A stretch of 61,849 nt of DNA from Rhina ancylostomus (taxonomy: Eukaryota). The translations under genes and the position numbers were made by a program. The notes under the pieces are model-generated. The model saw only the letters and a program-made list of their open reading frames with translations. It did not search any database and was not told the origin of the DNA. Every line of letters starts with the position of its first letter. The stretch's first letter is position 1. This document shows positions 22,323 through 33,680 of the stretch, piece after piece. The DNA is taken from NCBI GenBank assembly GCA_030265395.1, contig JARFYF010000022.1, forward strand, positions 30,938,666 through 31,000,514. Direction: 5' to 3'.

Positions 22323-24071
22323 NNNNNNNNNNNNNNNNNNNNNNNNNNNNNNNNNNNNNNNNNNNNNNNNNNNNNNNNNNNNNNNNNNNNNNNNNNNNNN
22401 NNNNNNNNNNNNNNNNNNNNNNCCAGAAACACAAGCCATGAACTCTCAAAAGATCAAATTATTCAGGTGGAGAGACCGGATAAATCAATGACATGCATGT
22501 GAAAGAATACAGAATTTGTAGCAGGGGCTATAGGGGTTTCAGTCTAAGCAAGAGTAAGTTAAAACCAGATGCAGGACAAACAATTTGGCAACATACCAAA
22601 AGAGATTGCATGGATGGTTAAAAGAGGTGAAAGAGTTAGAGTTGTGGGTCAGTAAAAACAATAAGACTGCACAGACAGACTGGAGATGGAGTAGTTTGAG
22701 AGACTACGTTTATATTTTATGTTTCAAAACATCCTAACACATCTTGCAGATAATGAGAAGCTTTTGAAATGTCGGCATTATTATCAAGCTAGGTTAGTAC
22801 TAGCTGATTACAATACACTGATTGTGTTTTGAATTCAGAACCATCTGCATCAAAGTTTGGTTAGGGTCCTGCCAATTGACAAAACAGTGAACTGTTCCTT
22901 TATCAAGAGAGCCAAAGGAAAAGTTGGTAGTCAGCAAATTAGCCGGAATGATCCCACATACAGTATATACTGAATGTATGAAGTAGCATGGCACTCAGCT
23001 ACAAACTGATAATCTAAAGATCTTCAGCAGCCAGTGACAACTATGCAATTCATTTCATAGGAGAGAGAAATCATAATTTCATTTATTCAGGGATGAAAAA
23101 GGCATAGGGGAGACTGGTCCATTGATGGAAAAGATGAGGACAAATGGTTCAGAAGGTCAATCGCTGGAACAAATCGTCAGGATAAATACTGCATACCGAT
23201 CTAACAAAGTCATGAATAAAAAGAGCTAAATCTAACATTACATAAAATTATGTTATTGTTTTGAAAATTGAGGCTGTTGGCTTCTTCATTCAAAGCTACC
23301 TTGACTTGCAAAAATTTGGCACAGTTACCAAACCAATGCATATGATTTTCTGTTAAAACCACCTCCACAGGAAAGAAATTTTGCAAACAACTTCATTTTA
23401 AACAAGTTTAAAGGACGCCATCTTAATGTTACAAATTTATTACTACCTACAACAGTCATTATGTAATTGGTTTTGCAATTAACACTTCCAATCTACTATT
23501 TAATCAGCAAATGAACCTGACCTGCAAAGGCAACAGACACACAGGAAAAACACAAACAAAATAATGTAGTTTCCACAAAAGTAATTCACATTAACTGAAG
23601 GCAAAATGGACACAGGACAAGGCTAAGAATTAGTTTGATAACATCACCGCCAAGCAAGCCGCTTAGAACATAATTGAAGAAAGTTAATGTACTGGTGTAA
23701 TCATAGGTCAGCGTTTGGGGAAAAAATAACTCCCAGCTGATTATCTGTCTGTACACACAGTTGTAGTTTACAGAAAAATGAGCCTCACTATTCTGAGCTA
23801 TGGTTCAACTGATGCTTGGTTCTNNNNNNNNNNNNNNNNNNNNNNNNNNNNNNNNNNNNNNNNNNNNNNNNNNNNNNNNNNNNNNNNNNNNNNNNNNNNN
23901 NNNNNNNNNNNNNNNNNNNNNNNTGATGCTTGGTTCTTAAACTACAAAATGATCAATAAATCTATCAACAAACACAATGAATACATAACATGCATTCATT
24001 TATAAAGCTACAATATTATTGACTAAAATTTACTGCAAGTGATGCTTCAATAACTTGTGTTCAAACATTTT

Positions 24072-24413
24072 ATGGAGTCAAAGACATATGGCATGGAAAC
24101 AGGCCCTTTGGCCCACTGCACACGTCGAGCATCAAGTACCCTTCTTTACACTGATCTTACCCTAACCAATTTTATTCTCCCCACATTCCCATCAACTCTC
24201 CCCCAAATTCTACCATTTATCTATGTACTAGGAGAAACTTACAGTAGACAATTAACCTACCAACCTTCCGAAACTGGAGAACCAGGAGGCAATTCATATG
24301 ATCACAGGGAAAACATGCAAAGTCCACGCCGACGCCACCAGATATCAGAATTGAAGCCAGGTCACTGGGGCTGTGAGGCAGTGGCTCCATTAGCTATGCC
24401 ACTGTGCAGCCCC
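24072..24413 (-). mobile_element. HE1-like V-SINE, near full length
   Basis: Head gggctgcacagtggcatagct, V-domain, and CR1-type tail gggccaaagggcctgtttccatgc. Confidence 0.85.
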
Positions 24414-26329
24414 ATTGCGACTGTGATTAACCAAGGGCTAAAGGCAAACTCTTCAAATGTACAAGTAGACAAGTAACACAGAACTGATAATTGAAGCTTC
24501 TTAGCAATAAGAGACAAATTCTGCAACATGGTTAAAAGTTCTTCTAATAACCACCACAGCAGGTTTTTTGTGCAAATATCAAATATTACACTGAGCAGAA
24601 AATGGATCATGTGTATTAATAGAAACATGGCAGGAAAATTCACTGGCTCAAGACACAGTCCTGCTGCAAAAGCACAACTCAGCAAGTTCCAGGAAACTCT
24701 GGGTAAAGTAACACAGTATTGTTAAACTACCCCGAGCATTAGTAGAACTCTGGCCCTTAATGGAGATATTAGCTTCAGAATCATTTGAGTATCTTGAGGC
24801 AAAGGAATAATTTAATTCATTCCCATTCTAATTATTGAATTTGATCTAGTTTTTTCAACTGAGAAGTTATTCAGCAACATTACCCCAGTGATGCATTTCA
24901 GTTTTACAATCAAACTGTACTGCATACACCCCATCAACCTTCCCACACTTCTCAAAATGAAAAGTTTCTAATTTGATATCACACTGCCCAGGTGAAATGT
25001 CCTACAGTACTATATTTAAAATAATACAATCAGTTTTCAAACATCTGTTTGAACAATTAGTCAACAGTTATACTCTGGTGAGAACAAACGATCACCTGAT
25101 TACAATTTCCTGTTCACAACAAACACTTGCACCCAATGTGCATAAAGATGCTGCTGAACAGACATTTCAACTATTGACATATTCCTTCTCTTAAGATATC
25201 ACAAGTCAGAATCCTGGTAATTACCATACCTGGTGACTGAGATTAGTTAATTCCGTGAAGTTGAGGAGCAAGGACCAATAACCTCTTTGACAAGGCTGAT
25301 GCTCCTACATTCACACAGGACTGTAGATCTGTTTCATTAAAACTGCTTGTTCATTAGCCTTCGAGGCCATAGCACTTCCAAATTTCTGTGTGTCAATGCT
25401 TTTAAGGTCTATAACTACACCACAGGGAAAAGTAACTCAAGTACAACTTAAGGCTGTAGCAATTCAGTTGGTGGTGCTATTAAATTTTCCTCACATTGTT
25501 CCATCAACCATGACAGATGTGTAACCTATTAGTGCAGTTTACTGTTACATAGCTCAAGCAGAAGTTTATAAGCAGAAAATCAATAACTGGAGTATATTCA
25601 CTTTATTTATTTTAATAATAGGAAAATGTTGTTCAAATACTGTTATCCTCCACAATACACTACTGTGAAGGGCCTAAGATTTATTTGTAATCTGTGTCTC
25701 CTTTATGAAAAATAACAACTCTTGCAAGCATTACAAATTTGATTCCGGGCAGCACTAACAAGCTAAAACTTCTAAAATTGAGACTACCATTGTTTACGGG
25801 TACTCCATAAACTCCACCAACACAGGAGTTCACATGGAAAAGAGGAAATAATTTTATCACATGAAATCTCCTTAATTTAGTACTAACATTTTGAAGTTCT
25901 AAAAGAATATGTGAAAAACATCCACAAGGGAAGTGAAGTGCAGCTATTGAAAACAGCTTTCAACGTATGAAGCCTGCTTTGGTGCTTACTGAGACCTAAA
26001 TGAAGAATTTCAAAGGTACAAAGACATTTTAAATGTAATTTTTTTTAGGGGGTATGGAAAACAGGAAGTAGGTAATTAGATGAGATAATTTTCTTTTAAG
26101 AACATGCTGACCTGGCTTAAACTGGCAGCTCATTGAAACAGTGCCTTGGTGTGAACATCTGTGTCAATACTGAGTACAGGTTAATTTACCCAAAGGACAT
26201 GGGTAGATCCCATTCTGTTTAGAATTAGGTTTACTATCATAAAATATTAACAATTCGTAGAACTGAAATGACCTGACACAGTAATTTCCATTCACACAAA
26301 AGTGAAAAATGAAAAGCAGAAAAATGGAG

Positions 26330-26520
26330 AAGATGTGGAAATTGCTATCAAATGGATTGCTTGAAGCGAAAGGCGTGAATGCTTTTAAAATGAAGCTACA
26401 TAAATTTGTGAGGGAGAAAGGAAAAGCTTGTTCTGGTAAAGTGAAGTGAATGGGAGAGGACTTGTGTGAAGATGGAGCAATTAGGCCAAGTGGCCACTTC
26501 CTGTGCTGTAAAATCTATGT
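26330..26520 (+). mobile_element. Old CR1 3' end
   Basis: tggaaattgcta..gaagcgaa..gcttttaaaatgaagcta.. and tail ggccaagtggccacttcctgtgctgta. Confidence 0.65.
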
Positions 26521-27482
26521 ATTATTTTACAGTGGTAAAAGAGTTTTAAGCCTGAAAATTACTGTTTGCAGGATTATAAATATTTAACTCAGTAATAAAT
26601 CTCTGATCCATTATTAGAACAGAAATATTAACCTATTTAAATAAATAGCTAATATTTTAAAATTGCAAAAAAGAGTTATTCAAATGCAGCATAGCTGTAA
26701 CAAAAGGACAGAATTTGAAAAAGGGCAACATATTGACTGAGTTTTGCTAATAAGTCTGGAAGCTAAGCAACTGGAAAAATTATCAATGTTTATAAATTGG
26801 GCTTCTAGAGCTTTGACACAAATTGAGGGTAGGAAAATCAGAGGGCAAGGATTTATTAATTACATTTAACAGTGGGAAATGCATTTCGTTGCTAACTGAC
26901 CTGACAAATGAATACAACAATTTACAAACATTTATCGATATGATTAAGATATTATGAATATGATCAGTCACAATCACAAAACAAAACTGAACAGTTGCCA
27001 TTCTAATACAATGAGTCCTTTCAGAACAAAGTAAAAGTAACTGTTAAAACTGAAAACATATGCACTCCTCACAAATAAAAGGATACAAAGGTCAACCTTC
27101 CTATAACTTATTAAATGGAAATTCACAAGCAAGACAGTTACAGACATTATTTCCCTCTATCTCAGTGAGTACTTTGTTCAAACAGCAGATGACCTTTGAC
27201 ATTGTTACATCATTTTCAGGCTTGTGTTTCTACTACTTAATCAATGCATATTTGTTTTGACCCCTTCACAATCTTCTCATCCACAAATTTAACAGAGAGT
27301 TTGTTAACTTACCACACCGAGTCCTGGAAGTTATTCCCATGGCATTCCAGTGAGAAAGATAAATATATAAATAAAGCTCATCTTTTACCAGTAACAGTTT
27401 AGATCACTGAAAATCAGGAACGTTTGACTCTGACCCTAAAAAAATACCAATTAATAGACTGAGAAAAAGCACTTCAGATTAC

Positions 27483-27989
27483 TTTTCTTCTTATTTTAAT
27501 GGAAATTCTTTATGCAAATATTTTTTGCAGGAGAAGATGATAACTGAGAGAGGACTTGTGTTGTCCATTTTTTTGCCTGGTGCTCAGTATCTGCACAATC
27601 CATGGCATGTTCTCCTTGGCTGGAGTTTCTGTTATAATATATTGAGCTCTTGCCATCTGGAAATGCAAGGGCAACAAATCCTGGTGAAATTGTCTCCAGT
27701 TGTGATATTTGTGAATTAGCCTTATTACCTTTCCATTGTTCCCCACATACAGCAAGATTGTAATTTCATTTTTTAACAATATTCTTTGATTTTTTTTCCT
27801 AGACAAAAGTTATATGAATTTGAAATATTCTTGTTATTGGCATTTATACCCATGCTTGTACATCTTTGTAGCATTGTGTAATAATTGACAGACATATCCA
27901 TTTATATGTAGAAAATAATTGACAGTGACATTTATTGTTAGCTTTTGCACTTCCTTCAAATGAGCCACTTCCTTCCAGGCATCCATCAT
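27483..27989 (-). pseudogene. Disrupted reading frame; candidate decayed alternative first coding exon of plekha7
   Basis: ATGATGG start (A at -3 and G at +4 for the second ATG), then MMDAWKEVAHLKEVQKLTINVTVNYFLHINGYVCQ...KCQ*. After stops and a frameshift, an 89-codon stop-free frame (27765-27499) reads ...SQISQLETISPGFVALAFP...KNICIKNFH*. Same strand as the gene and not a recognisable TE. The homology rests on recall only. Confidence 0.4.
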
Positions 27990-29660
27990 TTTTTTACCAG
28001 TTTCAGTTTCTCTAAATATCAATAATAATTTGCATGATGCCCTCCTCCCCCCCCACTACAAATGTTGTTTCTATCTTGTCTTTCATTGTCATAGATGTAT
28101 GTGCTGTGCAGATGTATTGATATCTTAATTGCATATACATGCCTATTAAAAGGGTATTGAATGATTCAGCAACTTATTCAGTTGTGCCTTAGTTGGACCA
28201 TATTTGAGCTCAAATAATGTTGCCTGAGTAAATCTGTATAATCCTTCAAGTGTCTTAATAAAGAAAAACTGACTTCTGTTAACGCATCATCGATGTACTA
28301 AAGACAAATTAAGTCTTGCATTAAATTATTAATCTGATTGAGAGAGGCTTCAAAAATGACTGGCATTGGAAATGGAAAACTCTCAGTGGTACAGTTAGTA
28401 ATGCTCTTGTAAATTGGGGTACATAGCTGAGGGACCTTTTACTTAGAACCTGATCTGTTTTGTATCTGACCTATTGTTGGCACTCCTCGCACATTGCTGC
28501 AATATTGAAGGCACCAATCTGGATACTTTTGGCAGTGCAGTTCTGCTTGGGATTTTCAATTGCTGGTGAAGCAGCTTTCCCACTTGAAAGAATGGAGCTG
28601 AGCCTCCAACATTCTAATTGCACCAATCTGCAGAGTTGTTTGACCACAGAGTCCTTCAGTAAAAGGACCCTCAAAACATGCAAGTGTAGTAACAGGTAGA
28701 AAAAAAAATTGTGGAGTAATATAATTGGGAATNNNNNNNNNNNNNNNNNNNNNNNNNNNNNNNNNNNNNNNNNNNNNNNNNNNNNNNNNNNNNNNNNNNN
28801 NNNNNNNNNNNNNNNNNNNNNNNNNNNNNNNNTCCCTGCTTTGAAAAATTGTCCAAAGTAAGTAACTTTCACGATAACTGAACAACCATTAAGTGTGAAA
28901 GTATAACTGCATGCTGCACCATGACATGGCTCAATGCATCCAAATATTAAATCAAAACATATTTCAAACCATTGCAGGTTTTTTTCGCTTCAACTGCTCA
29001 TCACAGAATGCCTCTAATAATTTAATTCTTCTTAACCTCTGTCTGGTTTAACAGCTGGTAATTGTGATCCACCAAAGTTCTTATTTGAGCTTCTAGATTC
29101 TACAAGTTAATTTTGTTAAGAGTCATCTTAGAGTCACTATTCATAATGTGACCCCTTTCCTATTCACCTCTTTAGCAAAACTGCCCATAAATCAACAGCT
29201 GACAGCTATAAACAATACAAAATTACATTGGTTTCAAACTGGAACTAAGCTCAGAAACTCTTTGGGAGCTCAAATAAATTCAGCAAGACTAGTTACAAGA
29301 AAGATCATGTACAATTTTGTTTAAACAAGGTGAATGATTTGATTATTAAATGGTGAGCCTGGCACGATACCAAGTCGCAGAGAAAAGAAGTCTCCATGTT
29401 TAATCACTTTAAGATACGAGTCAAGTGATTAAAGCAAAGGGGCCTTCAAGGGGATACAGGATTCTTGAACTAGCAAGGAAAGTAAATAAAATGACACTAA
29501 TCAGGGTTCATACATCTGATCTCTACTTAGTGATAGCCTCCAAATACTGTACCTGTTTGTAAAGGAAGACCATCAACATCAGTTTACTTTAATGCAGAGT
29601 CTTCATTTTTTTTTCCTACCAAAATATCCATTTGAGATCTTCAATGTAGTTGAATCAGTG

Positions 29661-29950
29661 GAGACACAGGAGGCTGCAGATGCTGGAAGCTGGAACAACA
29701 ATCTGCTGGAGGAACTCAGCGGGTCAAGCAGCATCTGTGGGAGGAAAGGAATTGTCGACGTTTTGGGTTGAAACCCTGCACTGANNNNNNNNNNNNNNNN
29801 NNNNNNNNNNNNNNNNNNNNNNNNNNNNNNNNNNNNNNNNNNNNNNNNNNNNNNNNNNNNNNNNNNNNNNNNNNNNNNNNNNNNACATCAACAATTCCTT
29901 TCCTCCCACAGATGCTGCTCGACCCGCTGAGTTCCTCCAGTGGATTTTTT
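29661..29950. mobile_element. Inverted pair of Penelope-like terminal repeats flanking a gap
   Basis: The left arm around 29706-29757 (ctggaggaactcagcgggtcaagcagcatctgtgggaggaaaggaattgt) is nearly the reverse complement of the right arm around 29891-29940. Confidence 0.8.
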
Positions 29951-30062
29951 ATTATCTTAATCAGTGACTGCCAGTCACACATGACAGTTGGATAAGTACA
30001 CCATTCAGCTGCTAATTGAGAAAATTAACCTGCTGAATGCATTGGGCATTTTTTCTTTCCTT

Positions 30063-30863
30063 CCGGATGAACTGTGGAAGTGGGCCAAGGACTGGCAGAT
30101 GAAATTTAACTTCAACAAGTGCAATGTGTTGCATTTTGGGAAGTTAAACCAGGGCAGAACTTGCAGAGTAAGTGGCATGGGCCTGGAGAGAGTTGTACCA
30201 CAGAGAAATCTAAGGGTATAGGTACATAGTTCACTGAAAGTGGGCACAGGGTGGTGGTTGGCATGCCTGTCTTCATCGGTCAGGGCTCTGAGTACATAAG
30301 TTGGGATGTCATGTTACAACTGTACAATTCATTGGTGAGACCAGAGTTGGAGTATTGTGTGCAGTTCTGGTTGTCATTAAGCTTGAAAGCATGCAGAAAA
30401 GACTCACAAGGATACTACCGGGATTAGAGGGCTTGAGTTATAAGGAGAGGCTGGGGCCATTTTCCCTGGAGTGTGGGAGGCTAAGGGTTGACCTTATAGA
30501 GGTACATAAAATTATGAGAGGCATAAATAAGGTGGACAGTCAGAACCTTTTCCCCATTGTAGGGGAGCCTAAAACTAGAGGATATAGACTTAAGGTGAGA
30601 GTGGAATGATTTAAAAAGGGACTTGAGGGGCAACTTCTTCCACACATAATGTGGTGGGTAAATGGAATAAGCTGCCAGAGGAAACTGTAGAGGCTGGTAC
30701 AAGTACATTTTATGCAGGACGTTTGTACAGGTACATGGATAGAATATTGAAAGGGATATGGGGCAAACACAGGCAAATTGGACTAGCTTGGATAAACAGC
30801 TTGGTTGGCATGGATGAGTTGGGCCAAAGGGCCAGTTCTGGTGCTGCATAACTCTATGAATCT
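30063..30863 (+). mobile_element. CR1 LINE, 3' 0.8 kb
   Basis: WAKDWQMKFNFNKCNVLHFGK...GLEGLSYKERL...WNKLPEETVEAG and tail tgggccaaagggcc..gtgctgcataactctatg. Confidence 0.92.
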
Positions 30864-31182
30864 AAAATTTTAGTAAGGCACATCATTAGAATAAAGAAGC
30901 TAAGCCTTTAGGACCCACAAGAACCCTGGTTTGACCCAAAGCCACTTTAGTTGATCTGAGATGAGCAGAGTTGAGGAGGGCAAAAAACAAAGACATTATT
31001 TCTGCTCTGTATACTACTCAATGGCCATGGAATAATCCTCATGTGCAATTGGAAGCTATCTAAATCTAGTTCACTTAAGATTTACTCTCTCAATTTACCA
31101 GTTAGCTGTCATTCATGTACACTGGACACTTGGACAAAATACTGCAGAGCTACGAGCACTTGTGACTCCAAACTCCAGCATG

Positions 31183-31548
31183 TCACAGAAAGATACAGCA
31201 TGAAAACAGGTCCTAAGGCCCATCAAGTTTGCACCGATCATCAACCACCCATTTTACCCTGATCCTACATTAATCCCATTTTTAATTCTCCCCACATTCT
31301 CTTCAACTGTCCCCCCACCCCCAACATTCGACTACTCACCAACACACTTGGGGAATTTACAACAGCCAATTAAACTATCAACCTACACATTTCTGGGATG
31401 TGGAAGGAAAGGAGCACCTGGAAGAAAGCCGCACAGTCACGGGGAGAACATGCAAACTCTACACAGACAGCATCTAAGGTCAGGATTGCACTTGAGTTTC
31501 TGGTACTGTGAGACAGAGGCTCTAAGTAGCTGCGCCACTGCACTTCCC
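31183..31548 (-). mobile_element. HE1-like V-SINE
   Basis: Same family as 24072-24413; cacagtcacggggagaacatgcaaactctacacagacagc. Confidence 0.85.
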
Positions 31549-33337
31549 ATGTGTCCCCTCCTCTATAAATTACAACAAAGGACAAAAATAATCAGAGCAT
31601 TTATCTAATATTGGTATTAACGTAAAATATTCCTTCACTGTAAGACAAAAATGGAAATATCTTTGCATTTCAATGCATGCAAGCACAAAACAAACATACA
31701 AATAACATCAGTAAATCTGCCTTTCTTAAACCACTTTGCTATTCAAGACAAAAGGTGCTCCAAAACTTTCATCAACAGCCATACATTGTTCCAACAAAAA
31801 GATGGCAAGAGCAAAAATCCGCTGCCCTGCATCATCTTGAAACAGTAGCTTTCAGGATGCTTTACTCACAGCAGCCAATAAAAATGCCAAGATTAATCTT
31901 GCTTACGAAACGTGTTAAGAGAATGACTATCCACAAACTTCAGGCTAAGTAAAACAGTTTTCAGTGAAACAAGAGGCAGGGAGAATCCTTGAGATCAGTG
32001 ACCTCTTCCTTCAAGCAAGCATTTCTATTTTCACTATACAAGCTTCCAACAGAGTACAAGTTATTCATTACCAGGCATTAGTAGTTTCATTTCATTTCTG
32101 TACACTTCAAATTTTCAATTTTTTTCTGCCCTGGAAGAAAAGATTTTGCCATTGCGAATCATTGTTACTGTACTTGTATCTACACTGTTGGATAAATGAA
32201 AGTTACATACTATGAAAATGGTGCAAAATAGCAAATGGCATTACTCCACTGCCTGGGACATATTGACCCAAATATTAGCTTTACTGCAGTGTACACACCT
32301 TTCATGCACATCTTGCACATTTTGACATGACAAATAAGATAATAAAATTTCTCTATGCTNNNNNNNNNNNNNNNNNNNNNNNNNNNNNNNNNNNNNNNNN
32401 NNNNNNNNNNNNNNNNNNNNNNNNNNNNNNNNNNNNNNNNNNNNNNNNNNNNNNNNNNNNNNNNNNNNNNNNNNNNNNNNNNNNNNNNNNNNNNNNNNNN
32501 NNNNNNNNNNNNNNNNNNNNNNNNNNNNNNNNNNNNNNNNNNNNNNNNNNNNNNNNNNNNNNNNNNNNNNNNNNNNNNNNNNNNNNNNNNNNNNNNNNNN
32601 NNNNNNNNNNNNNNNNNNNNNNNNNNNNNNNNNNNNNNNNNNNNNNNNNNNNNNNNNNNNNNNNNNNNNNNNNNNNNNNNNNNNNNNNNNNNNNNNNNNN
32701 NNNNNNNNNNNNNNNNNNNNNNNNNNNNNNNNNNNNNNNNNNNNNNNNNNNNNNNNNNNNNNNNNNNNNNNNNNNNNNNNNNNNNNNNNNNNNNNNNNNN
32801 NNNNNNNNNNNNNNNNNNNNNNNNNNNNNNNNNNNNNNNNNNNNNNNNNNNNNNNNNNNNNNNNNNNNNNNNNNNNNTTCATTCCCCTGTTTAGATGAAC
32901 ATAAAACCAACTCAAGCATACAACTTATTCCATGGATTTTTCAAAATGGAAAAATTCCGATGTGGAGGAATGATAACAAAAAGTTGAGTCACTGCAAAAC
33001 AAATTTGGATGAAACAACCATTAAGAGAGATGACTAGAAAATTAATGGCATACCCTACTTCCTCCAAAAAAATTTTGACCAGAAGTGAAGCATGATTAAC
33101 TTTTAGCAGCAGTGGTGAACCTGAGATCAAATTATGACTTGAATGAGTTTCCCGGTAAAGAGGGAAAACTATAAATGCTATGATAATTCTGCAAACTTGG
33201 ACTGAAAATAATGGAAAGGTGGATATATATGAACAATTTATCTTTGCAGTATAATGTTAAGCTTCAGTTCAGCTACCTTCATTTCCACTGAAGTAGTATA
33301 ATCCTTAAAGATACAAAAGCTTTATTTTTAGTCACAT

Positions 33338-33680
33338 ATTCACAGAGCGTGGTCATCACTGGAAATGCCAGCATTTATTACCCATCACTAATTGTCCCTG
33401 TAGTATGAAGGTAGTCCAATGCTGGCAAGTCCAGAGTTACACATATACAGTCTAATTAGGATGGCAGATTTCCTTCCCTGAAAATTATCACTGAACTTTA
33501 AAGGATTTTACAATAATCAGGTAGTTTTATGGTTAGCATTACTGAGACAAGCTTTTTTTTTAAAAAAAATTCCAATTGCTTGAATTTAACTTCCCCAGCT
33601 GCCACATCAGGATTGAACATATTCCCTGAACAATTGGTGCATGACTCTGGCTGCTCACTCAACAACTTATCCACTACTCA
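33338..33680 (-). mobile_element. Old tRNA-derived SINE with LINE-like tail
   Basis: ggatggcagatttccttccctgaa...tgaatttaacttccccagctgcc; tail gccagcatttattacccatc; related copy at 44020-44295. Confidence 0.6.

Noticed and set aside
23810-23937. TGATGCTTGGTTCT repeated on both sides of a gap, resembling a TSD
   Set aside because: It sits exactly at both edges of a 100-N gap and is most simply an unmerged contig overlap. A hidden insertion cannot be excluded.
27313-27435. AG...GTAAGT-bounded 123-nt cassette exon as a coding exon
   Set aside because: It has stop codons in the phase-2 frame needed to join the HNQR exon; kept only as a possible donor in the fossil-exon finding.
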